From a virus: 64,000 nucleotides of DNA. A program made the position numbers and the translations under genes. Position 1 is the first letter of the stretch. Each line of letters begins with the position of its first letter. The stretch covers positions 1-64,000 of the IMG/VR virus record IMGVR_UViG_3300046804_001132. The stretch is one strand, 5' to 3'. Positions 19,301 through 29,952 of the stretch are shown here, piece after piece. Below the pieces are notes generated by a model. The model searched no databases. It saw only the letters and a list, made by a program, of their open reading frames with translations, and was not told where the DNA came from.

Positions 19301-22300
19301 GCGGCTTCTTTACTGTAGACACTGCTGAACTTAGAGCACAAGCAGAATTGACTGCACAAATGGCATTAGACGAAACGATATTGGCTTGGCGTGAAAAGTG
19401 GAGAATTAGTTCTCCATCAAGAGTGGCATCAGATCTTTCTGAAGAAATTCCTAGAGGAGTTGCCGCTGGAATTGTTGAAGGTACTCCACTAGCAGTACAA
19501 AAAGCAGAAGAATTGATGATGAAGATTCGTGCTGCAATTCAGGAAGGATCTAAAATACCAATCACCCTACCTCCTCTTGTTGGTGGTCCATCATCTCCAC
19601 TAGTTCCAGGAGTTGCTGGACCTGCATCTGGAGCAGGAGGAAGACCAAATAATCCAGGAAGATCAGCATCAATGATAAAGAATGCTGGAGGTGCAATTAC
19701 TGGTTTAGGCTTGGCTGCCACAACTGCAACATTTGCACTATCTGGAATGGAGGGAACCGTAGGAGATGTTGCTAATACATTAATACCATTTACAGGATTG
19801 CTTGACATTGGCGGAATTGCTATGCAAATGCTTGGATCAAGAGCAGCAAAGGCTGCAATTCCTGTTGCTGAAGTAGGAACAGAAGCAGTAATAGCATCAG
19901 AGGGACTTGGGTCACTTGTAGCAGGGGCTGAGGGAGCGACTGGAGCAGTTGGTGGACTTGCTGCTGTAGCGAATCCTGTTGGTATAACCATTGCAGCCAT
20001 TGCAGCGGCAGTTGCGGCATTGGTAGGAACATTTGTTCTTGCCTATAAAAACTTTCAACAGGTTCGTGATGGCGTAAGTAATATTGGAAAAGCATTTTCA
20101 GAACTGTTTAATCAAATTTCTGGCGGCTCAGATGTATTTAATACATTTAAGAGTATAGGACAAAAAATTGTTGCATTCATTAAAGGAGTATTCTCTGCTG
20201 CAATTAAAGCATTCGGCGTCTATTGGACTATAGCGACCAAAGCAATAGAGGTTTTTATTAAGATAATAGGTTTATTGGTTTTTGCTATTAAGGCAACAGC
20301 GGCTGCCATTGGTAAAAAATTTGCAGAAATAAAAGATTTTATACTAAATTCAACTGGTCCTATAGGATCTACATTGAAAGGTTTAGGAGATTCTCTTTAC
20401 AATTTCTTTACTGCTATTCCTGGTTTTATTAGTGATTTCTTTGGTAAAGCATTACAAACTCTTGAAGATTTTGTTAATAATACTATTGATATTATTAATA
20501 TGGCAATAAGGGCGGCTCAAAGATTAGGTTCAACTATACAAGAAATTGGTCATGTAGATATAACTGGAATAGTTGGAGGCGGTCCAACTCCAAGTGGTGC
20601 TCCAGCACCAACTCCCACTGGTGCAGGAGCAAATGCCTTAGCACAAGATGGGTCCATTACAATTCCACAAGAAAGTCGTAACGATCAACAACGTGGATCA
20701 AGATCTTGGCTACAACAATTAATTGCAGATACAAAAGCAAATATGAAACTTTTTCCTGGCTTAATGGATCAAATAAGAAATATAAAAGGGGTAAGCATTC
20801 CTCAAGCAATTATTGATCAAATAGGTATGGGCGAGGATGGTCTTAAAAATGCTACAGAACTATTGAAAATGAATAAAGAAAAATTAAAGAAACTAATTAC
20901 AGATTATACTGATTCAACAGTTGCCTCCACATTATCAAATGTTCAAGCACAAATTGCAGGGAAAAAGCAACAAAATAAGGCACAAGGTATTTTAGAAAGT
21001 GCTGGATTTACTAAGGAAAATGCTTCATCAATAGCATCAGATAGCGCAAATGCTTTTGCAATTGTCAGTGCAGCATCAGGAAAAACAAAAACATCTTTGC
21101 TTGAATTAATGAAGGCGTACAAGCAACTTGATGAATCAACAAGAGAACCAATGCAGGGATTAAAAGATTTGATGGAAGTTGAGCAACTTCAGCACAAGCA
21201 ACAAATGAAGTCAATAGACGATACTATAAAAAATTATCAAAAGCAAATAGAGATTATTAATGAAGAAATTGCTGCAATTCAAAGATTAAATGATGCAGAT
21301 AATGACAGGATAAAAACCCTTGAACGACAAAAAGAAATGATTCAGCGTCAAATAGATGCTAAGGAAAGAGAAAATGAACTTGATCAAAGAAGAATAGAGT
21401 CTTTGAAAAGAGAAGATGAATTAAGAAATCGTGTTTCAGATAAACTTTCTCATGATTTAGAAATTATGTCAAAGCAAGAAACAAAGATTAAAGATCAGTA
21501 TCAAAAGAGAATTGATGCTTTAACAAAGATTTCTCAAATAAATGAACATATTTCTAATCAACAGAAATCACAACTTGATGTTGCAAAAGCATTTTCTGAA
21601 GGAGATATTTATGCCGCCGCACAAGCAGCAAATCAAATGTCTCAGGCTAATGCTCAGTTTGCACAACAGCAACAGCAAGAAGCACTTCAACAAGGAATGA
21701 ATAATGCTGTTGCTGGACTAAGAACTGGTGGTGGGCTAACAAGAGAGCAGGCAGAACAACAGATAGCAGCGATTAAAGAACAGTCCTACCAAACAAGTTT
21801 GCAGATTCGTGATATTGAAGATGTGATTTATCAAAGAAATCTTGATATGATTCCACTTAAAGATCAACAACTATCAATTGATTCACAAATACAAACAATA
21901 AAAGACATAATATATATTCGTGAATCACAAATAAGCGATATTCAAAAAACCAGACTTGATCCATTGCAGCAACAATTAGCAGCAGAACAAAAAATTAAGC
22001 AAGAAAAAGAAGATGCCTTTGCAGCACTTATTGATTCTCAGCAGGCATTGATAGATCAGTATGATTTGACTAATGCCCAAAATGATGCTGTTGCAGCACT
22101 TGCTAATAATTGGAACAATGTTGCTCAACAAATTGTTAATGCTAATAAAGCAATGAAACAATCTCTTTTGGCTATTGGTCCCGCTCCAGATCCAGCAAAA
22201 TATAGTAAAGCGGATAAAGAAAAATTTGCAAAAGCAGTTGAAAAGTATAATGCAAGACGTGCCGAAATACTTTCTACAAGAGATAATGCAGTAAATGCAG

Positions 22301-22710
22301 CATATTCATCTGGTGTTTCTGCTACTAAGAAAATGTATATGGGTGGAATGGTTCCAAAGAAATATGCCAATGGAGGACATATTAATATGGACTCAATGCT
22401 TGCTATGCTTACCCCTGGAGAATTTGTTATGCGTAAGGCTGCTGTTAAAAAGTATGGATCTAATATGCTTTCCAGCATGAATATGGGTGCCATTAATATG
22501 CCAAGATACAATAACGGTGGAAGCGAAATGTCTCTTCCTGTTCAATCAGGATCAAATATTTCAAATATCTCTGCTCCAGTGTATAATACATATAGCATCA
22601 ATGTTCCAGTAACTCAGCCGAATGCCTCCGCAGATGAAATTGCAAACAGGGTAATTATGAAGATCAAGCACATTGATGGATCAGCAGTAAGGAGTAATCG
22701 TGGCTACTAG
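16312..22710 (+). CDS. Tape measure protein
   Basis: 2132 aa, Ala/Gly-rich helical, TP901-type core, hydrophobic repeats, long coiled coil; follows the chaperones. Confidence 0.92.
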   Translation: MADVNANININVDPSDALASLKSLQDRITQFNNSVIKSNTAAVAAQKSLLNTLNAQIGVAGQFSTSIVNVESSVNRLGTAIDKNKLSLGEYFRYGIASTKSFGKVFSQEHNAIMDLAQDRVKRLQTQYIALEKAQNGATKAMAVRPMTLFNADTAIAIQRQQLFNKLLHDGSTSLINFGKNTQWAGRQLMVGFSVPLAAFGAAASKVFMDLDKQSRDFKRVYGDAFTTPEEIDQNLKAIQDLGKEYTKYGIALSDTMNIGATAAAAGMRNDKLTANTEQALRLATVGQIDYQQALTTTITLQNAFKISNEQLAPTVDFIGAVANQTVLSVDDLTAAIPRVAPVIQGLGGDVKDLAVMLVAMKEGGVSAEQGANALKSGLASLINPTKAGAKAAEQYGINIKKIVQVNRGDLMGTVEAFGAALGKLDQFSRQQVLEKVFGKYQFARIGALFDNINNKTGQVKQSMDLLGMSVQDLAAMSDKSLNQIAESTTAKFQSAVEKLKIAIAPIGETFLKVATPVIEFATKLLDKFNELSPGVKQFITILTIGLGAVVPATIMLVGLFANFAGNMIKGLSLVNTLFNKIKSGGSVFKYMTGEELDAAAAASSLEGKTNRLTSALNVQKEAVISLTRAYASYVRGANAAAGGLPQGFRTPRRMATGGIVPGSGNQDSVPALLTPGESVITKSATQKFGPILEAMNQGKIGRFAKGDINIGGGEILNIATGGVKQDAAIQNMVDRALQAGQGVADSLIQILRDMQSAQQVARQEGIELKASAKEVKRAMLDAGMSLKGVSEARYNASSAGIKGGIQQGIAQNPLMNPQQAQQEFARATAAAQEARSEIARYYAQLLENDSLEQSQRMALESERDAALRSATQITRAHTAQLSNFEKTFAEAWDPRLWMPQTESENQLSNILAGSETNRQLYENHLRSIVQDSDQADSIMRKINGNLALTEEELQIQSRVLQDMLATTSTMSRVTGGFAPSAVGAVGAARARASMPGGFFTVDTAELRAQAELTAQMALDETILAWREKWRISSPSRVASDLSEEIPRGVAAGIVEGTPLAVQKAEELMMKIRAAIQEGSKIPITLPPLVGGPSSPLVPGVAGPASGAGGRPNNPGRSASMIKNAGGAITGLGLAATTATFALSGMEGTVGDVANTLIPFTGLLDIGGIAMQMLGSRAAKAAIPVAEVGTEAVIASEGLGSLVAGAEGATGAVGGLAAVANPVGITIAAIAAAVAALVGTFVLAYKNFQQVRDGVSNIGKAFSELFNQISGGSDVFNTFKSIGQKIVAFIKGVFSAAIKAFGVYWTIATKAIEVFIKIIGLLVFAIKATAAAIGKKFAEIKDFILNSTGPIGSTLKGLGDSLYNFFTAIPGFISDFFGKALQTLEDFVNNTIDIINMAIRAAQRLGSTIQEIGHVDITGIVGGGPTPSGAPAPTPTGAGANALAQDGSITIPQESRNDQQRGSRSWLQQLIADTKANMKLFPGLMDQIRNIKGVSIPQAIIDQIGMGEDGLKNATELLKMNKEKLKKLITDYTDSTVASTLSNVQAQIAGKKQQNKAQGILESAGFTKENASSIASDSANAFAIVSAASGKTKTSLLELMKAYKQLDESTREPMQGLKDLMEVEQLQHKQQMKSIDDTIKNYQKQIEIINEEIAAIQRLNDADNDRIKTLERQKEMIQRQIDAKERENELDQRRIESLKREDELRNRVSDKLSHDLEIMSKQETKIKDQYQKRIDALTKISQINEHISNQQKSQLDVAKAFSEGDIYAAAQAANQMSQANAQFAQQQQQEALQQGMNNAVAGLRTGGGLTREQAEQQIAAIKEQSYQTSLQIRDIEDVIYQRNLDMIPLKDQQLSIDSQIQTIKDIIYIRESQISDIQKTRLDPLQQQLAAEQKIKQEKEDAFAALIDSQQALIDQYDLTNAQNDAVAALANNWNNVAQQIVNANKAMKQSLLAIGPAPDPAKYSKADKEKFAKAVEKYNARRAEILSTRDNAVNAAYSSGVSATKKMYMGGMVPKKYANGGHINMDSMLAMLTPGEFVMRKAAVKKYGSNMLSSMNMGAINMPRYNNGGSEMSLPVQSGSNISNISAPVYNTYSINVPVTQPNASADEIANRVIMKIKHIDGSAVRSNRGY

Positions 22711-23311
22711 TACATATATTTCTGGCAGAAAAGTTTATGCAAGGCCACAAGCATTGCTTTTTTCAGACAATGCTGGTACGCTAACTGATGGAGTATATTA
22801 TCCAAGTGGCACAGAAAAAGAAGACTTCATTGTTTTGTCTGATCACAATAGAGGAGAAATTTCAATATCTCAGCAAAGAATTGAGACACGACAAAGAATG
22901 ATTAATGGAACAATGCGTTCTTATCATACCGCTGACAAAACAAATATATCTATTGCATGGAGCAACTTACCATCAAGATCATTTAATAGAGATATCTCAT
23001 TCGGTCCTGATGGAAAACCAGTAATGCCAAATCCAACAGATTATGAAAATACTGTCGATGGCGGTGCGGGTGGAGTAGAACTTTTGGAATGGTATCAAAA
23101 TCATTCTGGACCATTCTGGGTATATTTAGCCTATGACAAATATATTAACTTTACAACTGATGGAGTTATAGATGATGATTCATTCGATCATTTAGCAATT
23201 TACAATGATATTAAGCAGATGTATTTTGCATCATTTGACTATACGATTACTAAGCGTGGGGGAACTAATTTTGACTTTTGGAATATTTCCTTGACATTGG
23301 AAGAAGTGTAA
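22700..23311 (+). CDS. Distal tail / tail tip protein (putative)
   Basis: First gene after the tape measure; RIETRQRMINGTMRSYH...ISLTLEEV. Confidence 0.55.
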   Translation: MATSTYISGRKVYARPQALLFSDNAGTLTDGVYYPSGTEKEDFIVLSDHNRGEISISQQRIETRQRMINGTMRSYHTADKTNISIAWSNLPSRSFNRDISFGPDGKPVMPNPTDYENTVDGGAGGVELLEWYQNHSGPFWVYLAYDKYINFTTDGVIDDDSFDHLAIYNDIKQMYFASFDYTITKRGGTNFDFWNISLTLEEV

Positions 23312-26300
23312 TGTTCCAGTCTGATGAATTAAAAAATCATCTAGCAACATCTCATACCATAGAAAATGAGCACGCAGTCTATGTTGAGTGGAATTTAAAC
23401 CAGCCAGAAAATATTGAAAGGCTGGGAAACTACAGACTTAGAAATATTGATAGATCTGTTTACAGCACATATCTAAATGTTCCATCATCATATGATCCTG
23501 TCGATTCTGGAGGGTACTATACTGGTGCCACAGATTCAGATATTGTAGTAGATAATGGATATGCTGATGATAATACTCCAGATTTTTTGGTATCACCTAA
23601 AAAGAAAATGAACCTGCTTTACTCCCTTGAGGATTGCATTAAGCAATACAGGCCAAGATCTGGAATTAACAAGATGCTTTATCTTGGAACCGCTGGTGCG
23701 TCATATGGATACAATCAGTATATTGATGACTTGACTAGATACGTTGCTCGTCGCCCAAGATATTATGTCTCATCAAAATATGATCAATTTAAATACTGGA
23801 CTTCCTATAGAACAGAATCTTTTGATAATACAAATTATGAATATGGTATTTCAAAAAGCGCAGCAAACGGAACCTATTCAATAGACGATGCCGTACCATT
23901 CGTGGTATATAAAGAAAAGATTCCAACAAATAAAATTGTCATTAAGATGCAAACTAATGTAGGCGAACAAAATTTAGGTCCATTCCGATTTGGCAATGAG
24001 ATGGTAGATGATCCACTATATGGAGATGCAAATAAAACCGTTCCTAGGAAGTGGAGAATAGAAGCACTTTATGATTCTCAATGGGTAACAATAAGATCAT
24101 TTGAAGAAAATGAAACAAGAAAAGATGGAACAGCAATCATCAAGGCAGACGGCTATGTAGAAATTTCATATGGATTAAACATTCCAGATGAATATGCTGA
24201 CACCTTTACCTTTGCAGAAGTAATCACCTCAGCATCACTTCTACCAGATGCAGCACCAGTTGGATATGCGTATCTTGTTAGAGAAAATGTTGGCGAAATT
24301 GGGACCATGTATGTCTATACTGGATCAGAGTGGGCATCTTTTATACCAGATTATGACTGGGATATTTCAGAAGAAGATATAACTAGAAATAGTAAAATTC
24401 TCAAAACACCAGTAAACCCAGAATACTTTATATCAGAAGGTGAAACGGTATACAGAGAGTTTCAATTTATCAGAGGAATTAGATTAGTTGTAGAAACAAT
24501 GAATGTTCCTAATGCAACATTTGATCTTATTGAGGTTTCACCAAGGCTTGTATATGATATCTCAGACAAAGTTCTGTCATTCTCTATAACAAAAACACTA
24601 TCTGATTTAGGCAATAACTCAATACCCGTTGGAAATCTCATTGCTTCAGTTGGAGATATATCAATCTATGACAATGATTTTTCTCTAAACTCAAACAATG
24701 TTTTTGATGAAGAAACAATGACGGGAAGCATTTTAGCAAAGTATTCAGACATAACATCAAAGTTTAATTTCTATGACATTATTAAGAATATTGGGTCGTA
24801 TGACTACTACATTCCCATTAAGACCATGTATTCCCAAGGATTCCCACAGGTTAGTGATACCACTGGAACCATAAGCATGTCTCTTAGAGACTTCTATTTC
24901 TTCCTTGAATATGCAAAGGCTCCACAAATGTTGCTAACAGATGTTTCTCTTAGTTATGCAATAACTGTGCTTTTGGATAATATTGGATTCAGCAACTATA
25001 CTTTTAAAAGAGTAGAAGGAGAATCAGAACTTATTATTCCCTTTTTCTTTGTTGGTCCAGATCAAAACGTGGCAGAAGTTCTGCAACAATTGGCGGTATC
25101 AAGTCAAAGCGGAATGTTCTTTGACGAATACAATAATTTTGTAGTTATGTCAAAGAACTATATCCTCCCTACCTCTGATCAAAGAAGCACAGATTTAGTT
25201 CTATATGGAAATGATCAGGATGGCAATCTACCAAACATTATCAACTTGTCATCAAAGGATAAGAAGGTATACAATGGTGGAAATATCAATTACACAACTA
25301 GATATATTCAAAGATCTATTGGATCAACTGTTCAGGCACCATATGTAAATACAGATTATCAGACGTATATTTATAAGCCATCACTTCTTTGGGAGGTAGC
25401 GGCACAGGATAAAACAACAAGTCAAAATGAAATTGTATCTCAGCAGACTGGTTATTCTTTGGCTGCCGCACCTCTTAATAGCGATCTAACCTCTGATGTA
25501 CCTTATGTTATAAACAATACAATAAAGAACAATGTCATAGACCTTGGCGAAAATGTTTTGTGGATGACAAACTTTGCTGGCTATCTTTATGCAAACGGCG
25601 AAATTATTAGATACGATGCAGTTGAATATTCGGTACAAGGTGTAGGAAATGTTTGGATTAGCAACAACCATGAATACCAAGATTATTTTGGAAATCTGGA
25701 ATTTAATGGAAAGATGTATCCAACAGGAAACGTAAGAATATATGCAGAACCTCAGTATGAATATAACGGAGATATTCTGCAAATGGCTAATGGAGAAATA
25801 AAGTCTCATGGCCGTGGTCAGTTTGGAACACAGATAACATCTCATTCTGCTGGTTTAACCAATGACAATTATTGGACAAATGATGAGTACGTTAGAGGAT
25901 GTATTCAAAATACTAAAGACTATATGTTTAATGGAAAATCAAAAACTGTATACCCATCTAACATGACGGCAACAACTGCTGGTAAAACTAAATACATTGA
26001 TCCTACACTTTATTTTGATGCTGATGCTCAAGCAAAGAATACGACAAGAAACGGCATCATCAAGAACTTTATGACAAACAAGGATCTTACCGAAAAGAAT
26101 GCAAATTATCTAAAAACAACTGTTGCTGGATCTGTACAATCATCTGCATTAATTATGAATGGACCAACACTTGACCTTAGAGTAAGGCCAGCAGATTTTG
26201 TTTCCTATGTTTATAAAGAATTACCAGAACAATTTAAGCATTTTGGTACAAGGATGAGAGTTATTGGTAAGGTTGAATCTGGAACAAATAAGACTCAGAC

Positions 26301-28212
26301 CCCAAGCGGAGCGGTAACAATCTATGGAGATAACTCCATTACATCCTCAGATCCTTCAAAGGATGTTTCAATTCTTGGTGGTTCTGGAGGATTAGGATTC
26401 AATATAAATAAGGATACTAATAATGGATACTTCTTTGAGATTGTAGCCTTGACAACAGATAACGTATCTCTTTACAATACTAATAACAATGTTTCATCAT
26501 ATACCATTCAAAAATATCCAGAAGGGGCAATCGTTACAATCGTCAATGACTTGGTAACAATTACCACAACCACACAGCACGATTTTAATGTTGGAGATCT
26601 AGTTACAGTTTCTGGATTGATTGATTATAACGATACTGCAAATACTGACTTCAAGGCAAACGGAGAATTTACCGTAACTGCTATTGGAGAAGACAGAAAG
26701 ACTTTACAATATCAAATTAGTCCAGCAACAGGCATTAATACCCAATGTAGAAATGGCGGAACAATATCAAAGGATCTTACACAGGATTCATCTTTCTCAA
26801 ATATATTCTTCTACAAGGTTATGGCAGGACCAAATCAATCTGAGATTATTAAAAAATCTCTCACATCAAATGTTGCAACATTGACAGCATCAAGGCCACA
26901 TTCGTTTGTGGTTGGAGATCAGGTCATTATTACTGGAGTTGATTCAACATTTAATGGAACGTTTGCCATTACAGCGGTATCAGAAGATGCAACAACATTC
27001 TCATATAACAAGACTGCTTCAAATGTAACAGAGGCAGATGTTTCTCCAATCGGTCTTGCAAAGGGTGTAGAAAGTATAGCAATTCCTCAGGTACTATGGA
27101 GTGGGCTATCTTCTATCAATGTTGATGATGGAAAGTTTACTGGTCAAACAAAGTTGACAACATCAGATCTTTTGACGGTATATGATTTATCTGTTGAATA
27201 CATTAATATAGGTTCCAAGAGAAGATTCTATTTATACATAAATGGAAAGCAGATAGCGACTGTTGATGATGATGAGCCACTAAATGAGTACAAGAACATG
27301 GCCCTATTTGTTCGTGGAAGTTCACGATGTATGTTTGAGAATATCTATGCTCTTACCAATAATTATTCACAAAATACATCAACATCATTACAACTTCCAG
27401 TATCAAAGGCATTTGTTGATTCAGATATAAGCACAAGCGATGCGCTTTATAAATATGCTATTAATGGATTTATTCAGAATACATTCTTGTCTACCGTTGG
27501 GTCAGAAGGACCACCAGAACATAAAATATACTATGAAGAATTTGGAACCATTATGAGAGAGTGTGCTCATTTCAACATAAGATATGATCGCGCCTACCCA
27601 GCACTCTACGCAAAACTAGCACCAGTTGTAAACAGATCAAGAGGATATTCTGTTTCTGGATTCCAGTCGGGGGCATATGGAGCAGACTTCCTTATCTTTA
27701 ATTGCATAGATAAAAACATTCAACTTGATGATACTTCTGGGAACTATCTAAAGATTCTTGGTATTGCATTTACTCAAAGCACAACATATTCTTTAACTGT
27801 AGATGATTACTTCAAGAAGGTTGGAAATCTTGCAGATCCTCCACTACAAGGAGATACCTTGTTGTACAATCCATTAATCAACAAGCAGATATATGATGAG
27901 ATAAAAAACAGCAGGTTGAAGTATGGTCTAAATGAGTTTAGCCTTGAAAGTCCCTATGTGCAAACAACATCGGCGGCAGAAGAAATGATGGGATGGATTA
28001 TTAACAAGGTCATGAATCCAAGGAAAACAATTGGAATAAATACCTTTGCTACATCTAATATTCAGTTAGGCGATATTGTTACAATTGATTACAAGAACAA
28101 TGAAGGCTTGGATGTTATTTCTGATACAGCAACAAGATATGTTGTATACAATATTGACTACAAGAAAGAAAGTCCAAATCTAACTACAACATTGTATCTG
28201 GCGGAGGTATAA
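23311..28212 (+). CDS. Large tail tip / baseplate hub protein
   Basis: About 1630 aa; LQQLAVSSQSGMFFDEYNNFV and IQLGDIVTI hub-type motifs; TAATG coupling at 23311. Confidence 0.6.
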   Translation: MFQSDELKNHLATSHTIENEHAVYVEWNLNQPENIERLGNYRLRNIDRSVYSTYLNVPSSYDPVDSGGYYTGATDSDIVVDNGYADDNTPDFLVSPKKKMNLLYSLEDCIKQYRPRSGINKMLYLGTAGASYGYNQYIDDLTRYVARRPRYYVSSKYDQFKYWTSYRTESFDNTNYEYGISKSAANGTYSIDDAVPFVVYKEKIPTNKIVIKMQTNVGEQNLGPFRFGNEMVDDPLYGDANKTVPRKWRIEALYDSQWVTIRSFEENETRKDGTAIIKADGYVEISYGLNIPDEYADTFTFAEVITSASLLPDAAPVGYAYLVRENVGEIGTMYVYTGSEWASFIPDYDWDISEEDITRNSKILKTPVNPEYFISEGETVYREFQFIRGIRLVVETMNVPNATFDLIEVSPRLVYDISDKVLSFSITKTLSDLGNNSIPVGNLIASVGDISIYDNDFSLNSNNVFDEETMTGSILAKYSDITSKFNFYDIIKNIGSYDYYIPIKTMYSQGFPQVSDTTGTISMSLRDFYFFLEYAKAPQMLLTDVSLSYAITVLLDNIGFSNYTFKRVEGESELIIPFFFVGPDQNVAEVLQQLAVSSQSGMFFDEYNNFVVMSKNYILPTSDQRSTDLVLYGNDQDGNLPNIINLSSKDKKVYNGGNINYTTRYIQRSIGSTVQAPYVNTDYQTYIYKPSLLWEVAAQDKTTSQNEIVSQQTGYSLAAAPLNSDLTSDVPYVINNTIKNNVIDLGENVLWMTNFAGYLYANGEIIRYDAVEYSVQGVGNVWISNNHEYQDYFGNLEFNGKMYPTGNVRIYAEPQYEYNGDILQMANGEIKSHGRGQFGTQITSHSAGLTNDNYWTNDEYVRGCIQNTKDYMFNGKSKTVYPSNMTATTAGKTKYIDPTLYFDADAQAKNTTRNGIIKNFMTNKDLTEKNANYLKTTVAGSVQSSALIMNGPTLDLRVRPADFVSYVYKELPEQFKHFGTRMRVIGKVESGTNKTQTPSGAVTIYGDNSITSSDPSKDVSILGGSGGLGFNINKDTNNGYFFEIVALTTDNVSLYNTNNNVSSYTIQKYPEGAIVTIVNDLVTITTTTQHDFNVGDLVTVSGLIDYNDTANTDFKANGEFTVTAIGEDRKTLQYQISPATGINTQCRNGGTISKDLTQDSSFSNIFFYKVMAGPNQSEIIKKSLTSNVATLTASRPHSFVVGDQVIITGVDSTFNGTFAITAVSEDATTFSYNKTASNVTEADVSPIGLAKGVESIAIPQVLWSGLSSINVDDGKFTGQTKLTTSDLLTVYDLSVEYINIGSKRRFYLYINGKQIATVDDDEPLNEYKNMALFVRGSSRCMFENIYALTNNYSQNTSTSLQLPVSKAFVDSDISTSDALYKYAINGFIQNTFLSTVGSEGPPEHKIYYEEFGTIMRECAHFNIRYDRAYPALYAKLAPVVNRSRGYSVSGFQSGAYGADFLIFNCIDKNIQLDDTSGNYLKILGIAFTQSTTYSLTVDDYFKKVGNLADPPLQGDTLLYNPLINKQIYDEIKNSRLKYGLNEFSLESPYVQTTSAAEEMMGWIINKVMNPRKTIGINTFATSNIQLGDIVTIDYKNNEGLDVISDTATRYVVYNIDYKKESPNLTTTLYLAEV

Positions 28213-28213
28213 C

Positions 28214-28858
28214 GTGGCAGACTATACTTTTAGTAATTATAATGATGTTCAGGCTGCATTAAATAGAGAATATGAGGCTTGGCGTAATGGTCAAGTTCCA
28301 ATTAATAATGCTGGTCTTGCTCAGACAGCAGAAGGAACTGCTGCTAGAAACTGGTGGAACGGTCAAACATCACAATCAACACCAGCAACTTATAGTCCAC
28401 CCCCTCCTCCACCCCCTCCAGCCCCAATTCTTCCACAGTTTAGATCTATTGCGTCAAATTTTGCCATTAAGCAGGCACCAATTGATACAGTTGTTTTTGA
28501 TGATGCAAGTGTTCCAGTAGGTCTTCTTGAGGATCTCATGTATGAAGATATTGGTGGAATAAAACTAGCAAATATGTCAAGATCAGATTTGATAGATGGT
28601 CAAGAAGTATCATATTCTCCAATTAAAAATCTATCTTCACTAAGAAGAAGGTTTAATCCAAATAATATTATTTCTACTGCAACTTCAGCAGGTAATAATT
28701 TTTCTAGATTCTCCATAGATTTGATAAATAGGGGCATGAATATCCCATATATTGATGCTGATGGAAACCTTGTCATTGAGATTGACGACGTTTATCCAAA
28801 TGAGGTTATTGAGGTAGAAGTGGCTTCCAGTGGTACAATTAATACGGTGAACATTTAA
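28214..28858 (+). CDS. Minor tail protein with poly-Pro linker
   Basis: GGCGGAGG RBS, GTG start, PPPPPPPPAP tract, within the tail operon. Confidence 0.5.
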   Translation: MADYTFSNYNDVQAALNREYEAWRNGQVPINNAGLAQTAEGTAARNWWNGQTSQSTPATYSPPPPPPPPAPILPQFRSIASNFAIKQAPIDTVVFDDASVPVGLLEDLMYEDIGGIKLANMSRSDLIDGQEVSYSPIKNLSSLRRRFNPNNIISTATSAGNNFSRFSIDLINRGMNIPYIDADGNLVIEIDDVYPNEVIEVEVASSGTINTVNI

Positions 28859-29952
28859 TGATTACAGATAATGGCAAAGATGTTATATCAAAATATCTTC
28901 TTGGACAAGTTTCTGCCTATGCAACACACATAGCCATTGGATGCGGAGCAGAGCCGCTAGATACTGGTGACCCCACTCCAGCGGGATTAAATGAAAAGGG
29001 TGTTCTTGATTTTGAAATGGCTAGGGTTCCCATTGTCTCTAAGGGATTTGTTGATGACAATGGTACAACTAAAATTTCTTTGAGTGCTGAACTACCAGCA
29101 GAAAATAGATATGAAATAACTGAAGTAGGATTATGGTCTGCACCAAGCAACAGCCTTGCTGTTAATTCTGATAGTCACCTTCTTTTTGACTTTACAAGTT
29201 CTTGGCAAAGTCATGGAACATCAATAACTCAGCCACCACTAGTAACAAATCTAGGTTCTGCTGGAGATATCACAACAACAGAAACAATTTTCTATGCTCC
29301 TTCTGATGATATAAATCTTCATGGAGTTCAAAGAAGATTGAGAAAAGAGGGTCCAAGATTTCTTAATCAGAATCTTTTTGTCAGAGGCGACACATCTACA
29401 ATCTCTGGTGCTACTGGTTCTTGGGCGGCAGATAGTGGATCAACTCACGTTCACTTAAATAGCGTTAACTTTAATATTGGAAACAACAGCCCATCAGATA
29501 CTATTACCCTTGCGTTTAGCCTAATAGACAAGGATTACCTAGGAAGCGGAGATCCTGACTATGTAAAGATTTTGGTTGAGTTTTATAGAAATGAAATATC
29601 AACATCAAATGGCTATGCCAAGAAAGAAATCTACATAAACGGATCAGAATTTACAGGTAACAGGTATAAGTCTGTTACTTTCCCAATATCTGACTTAATT
29701 ACATCAAATGATTTTAGTGCTTCAGATATCAGGGTTTGTAGAATCTTTACTTCTGTGATAAAGTCTAGTCTTCCATCAGAGGATCATTATGTTGCTTTTG
29801 ATGGAATGAGAATTGACAACATAACAACAGACAATCCAGTTTATAAATTAACTGGTTATTCAATCGTTAAATCTAGCAATGCTTATCCTATTGTCAAGAA
29901 TAAGAATTCAAATAACTATATTGAATTTAGATTTAATCTTGGGATAGCATAA
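28858..29952 (+). CDS. Minor tail/baseplate protein
   Basis: MITDNGK...HIAIGCG...EITEVGLW, the N-terminal pattern of fibre-attachment proteins. Confidence 0.55.
   Translation: MITDNGKDVISKYLLGQVSAYATHIAIGCGAEPLDTGDPTPAGLNEKGVLDFEMARVPIVSKGFVDDNGTTKISLSAELPAENRYEITEVGLWSAPSNSLAVNSDSHLLFDFTSSWQSHGTSITQPPLVTNLGSAGDITTTETIFYAPSDDINLHGVQRRLRKEGPRFLNQNLFVRGDTSTISGATGSWAADSGSTHVHLNSVNFNIGNNSPSDTITLAFSLIDKDYLGSGDPDYVKILVEFYRNEISTSNGYAKKEIYINGSEFTGNRYKSVTFPISDLITSNDFSASDIRVCRIFTSVIKSSLPSEDHYVAFDGMRIDNITTDNPVYKLTGYSIVKSSNAYPIVKNKNSNNYIEFRFNLGIA

Noticed and set aside
28396-28426. C-rich tract as a DNA repeat or G-quadruplex element
   Set aside because: It is explained by a poly-proline linker in the coding frame, with varied third codon positions.
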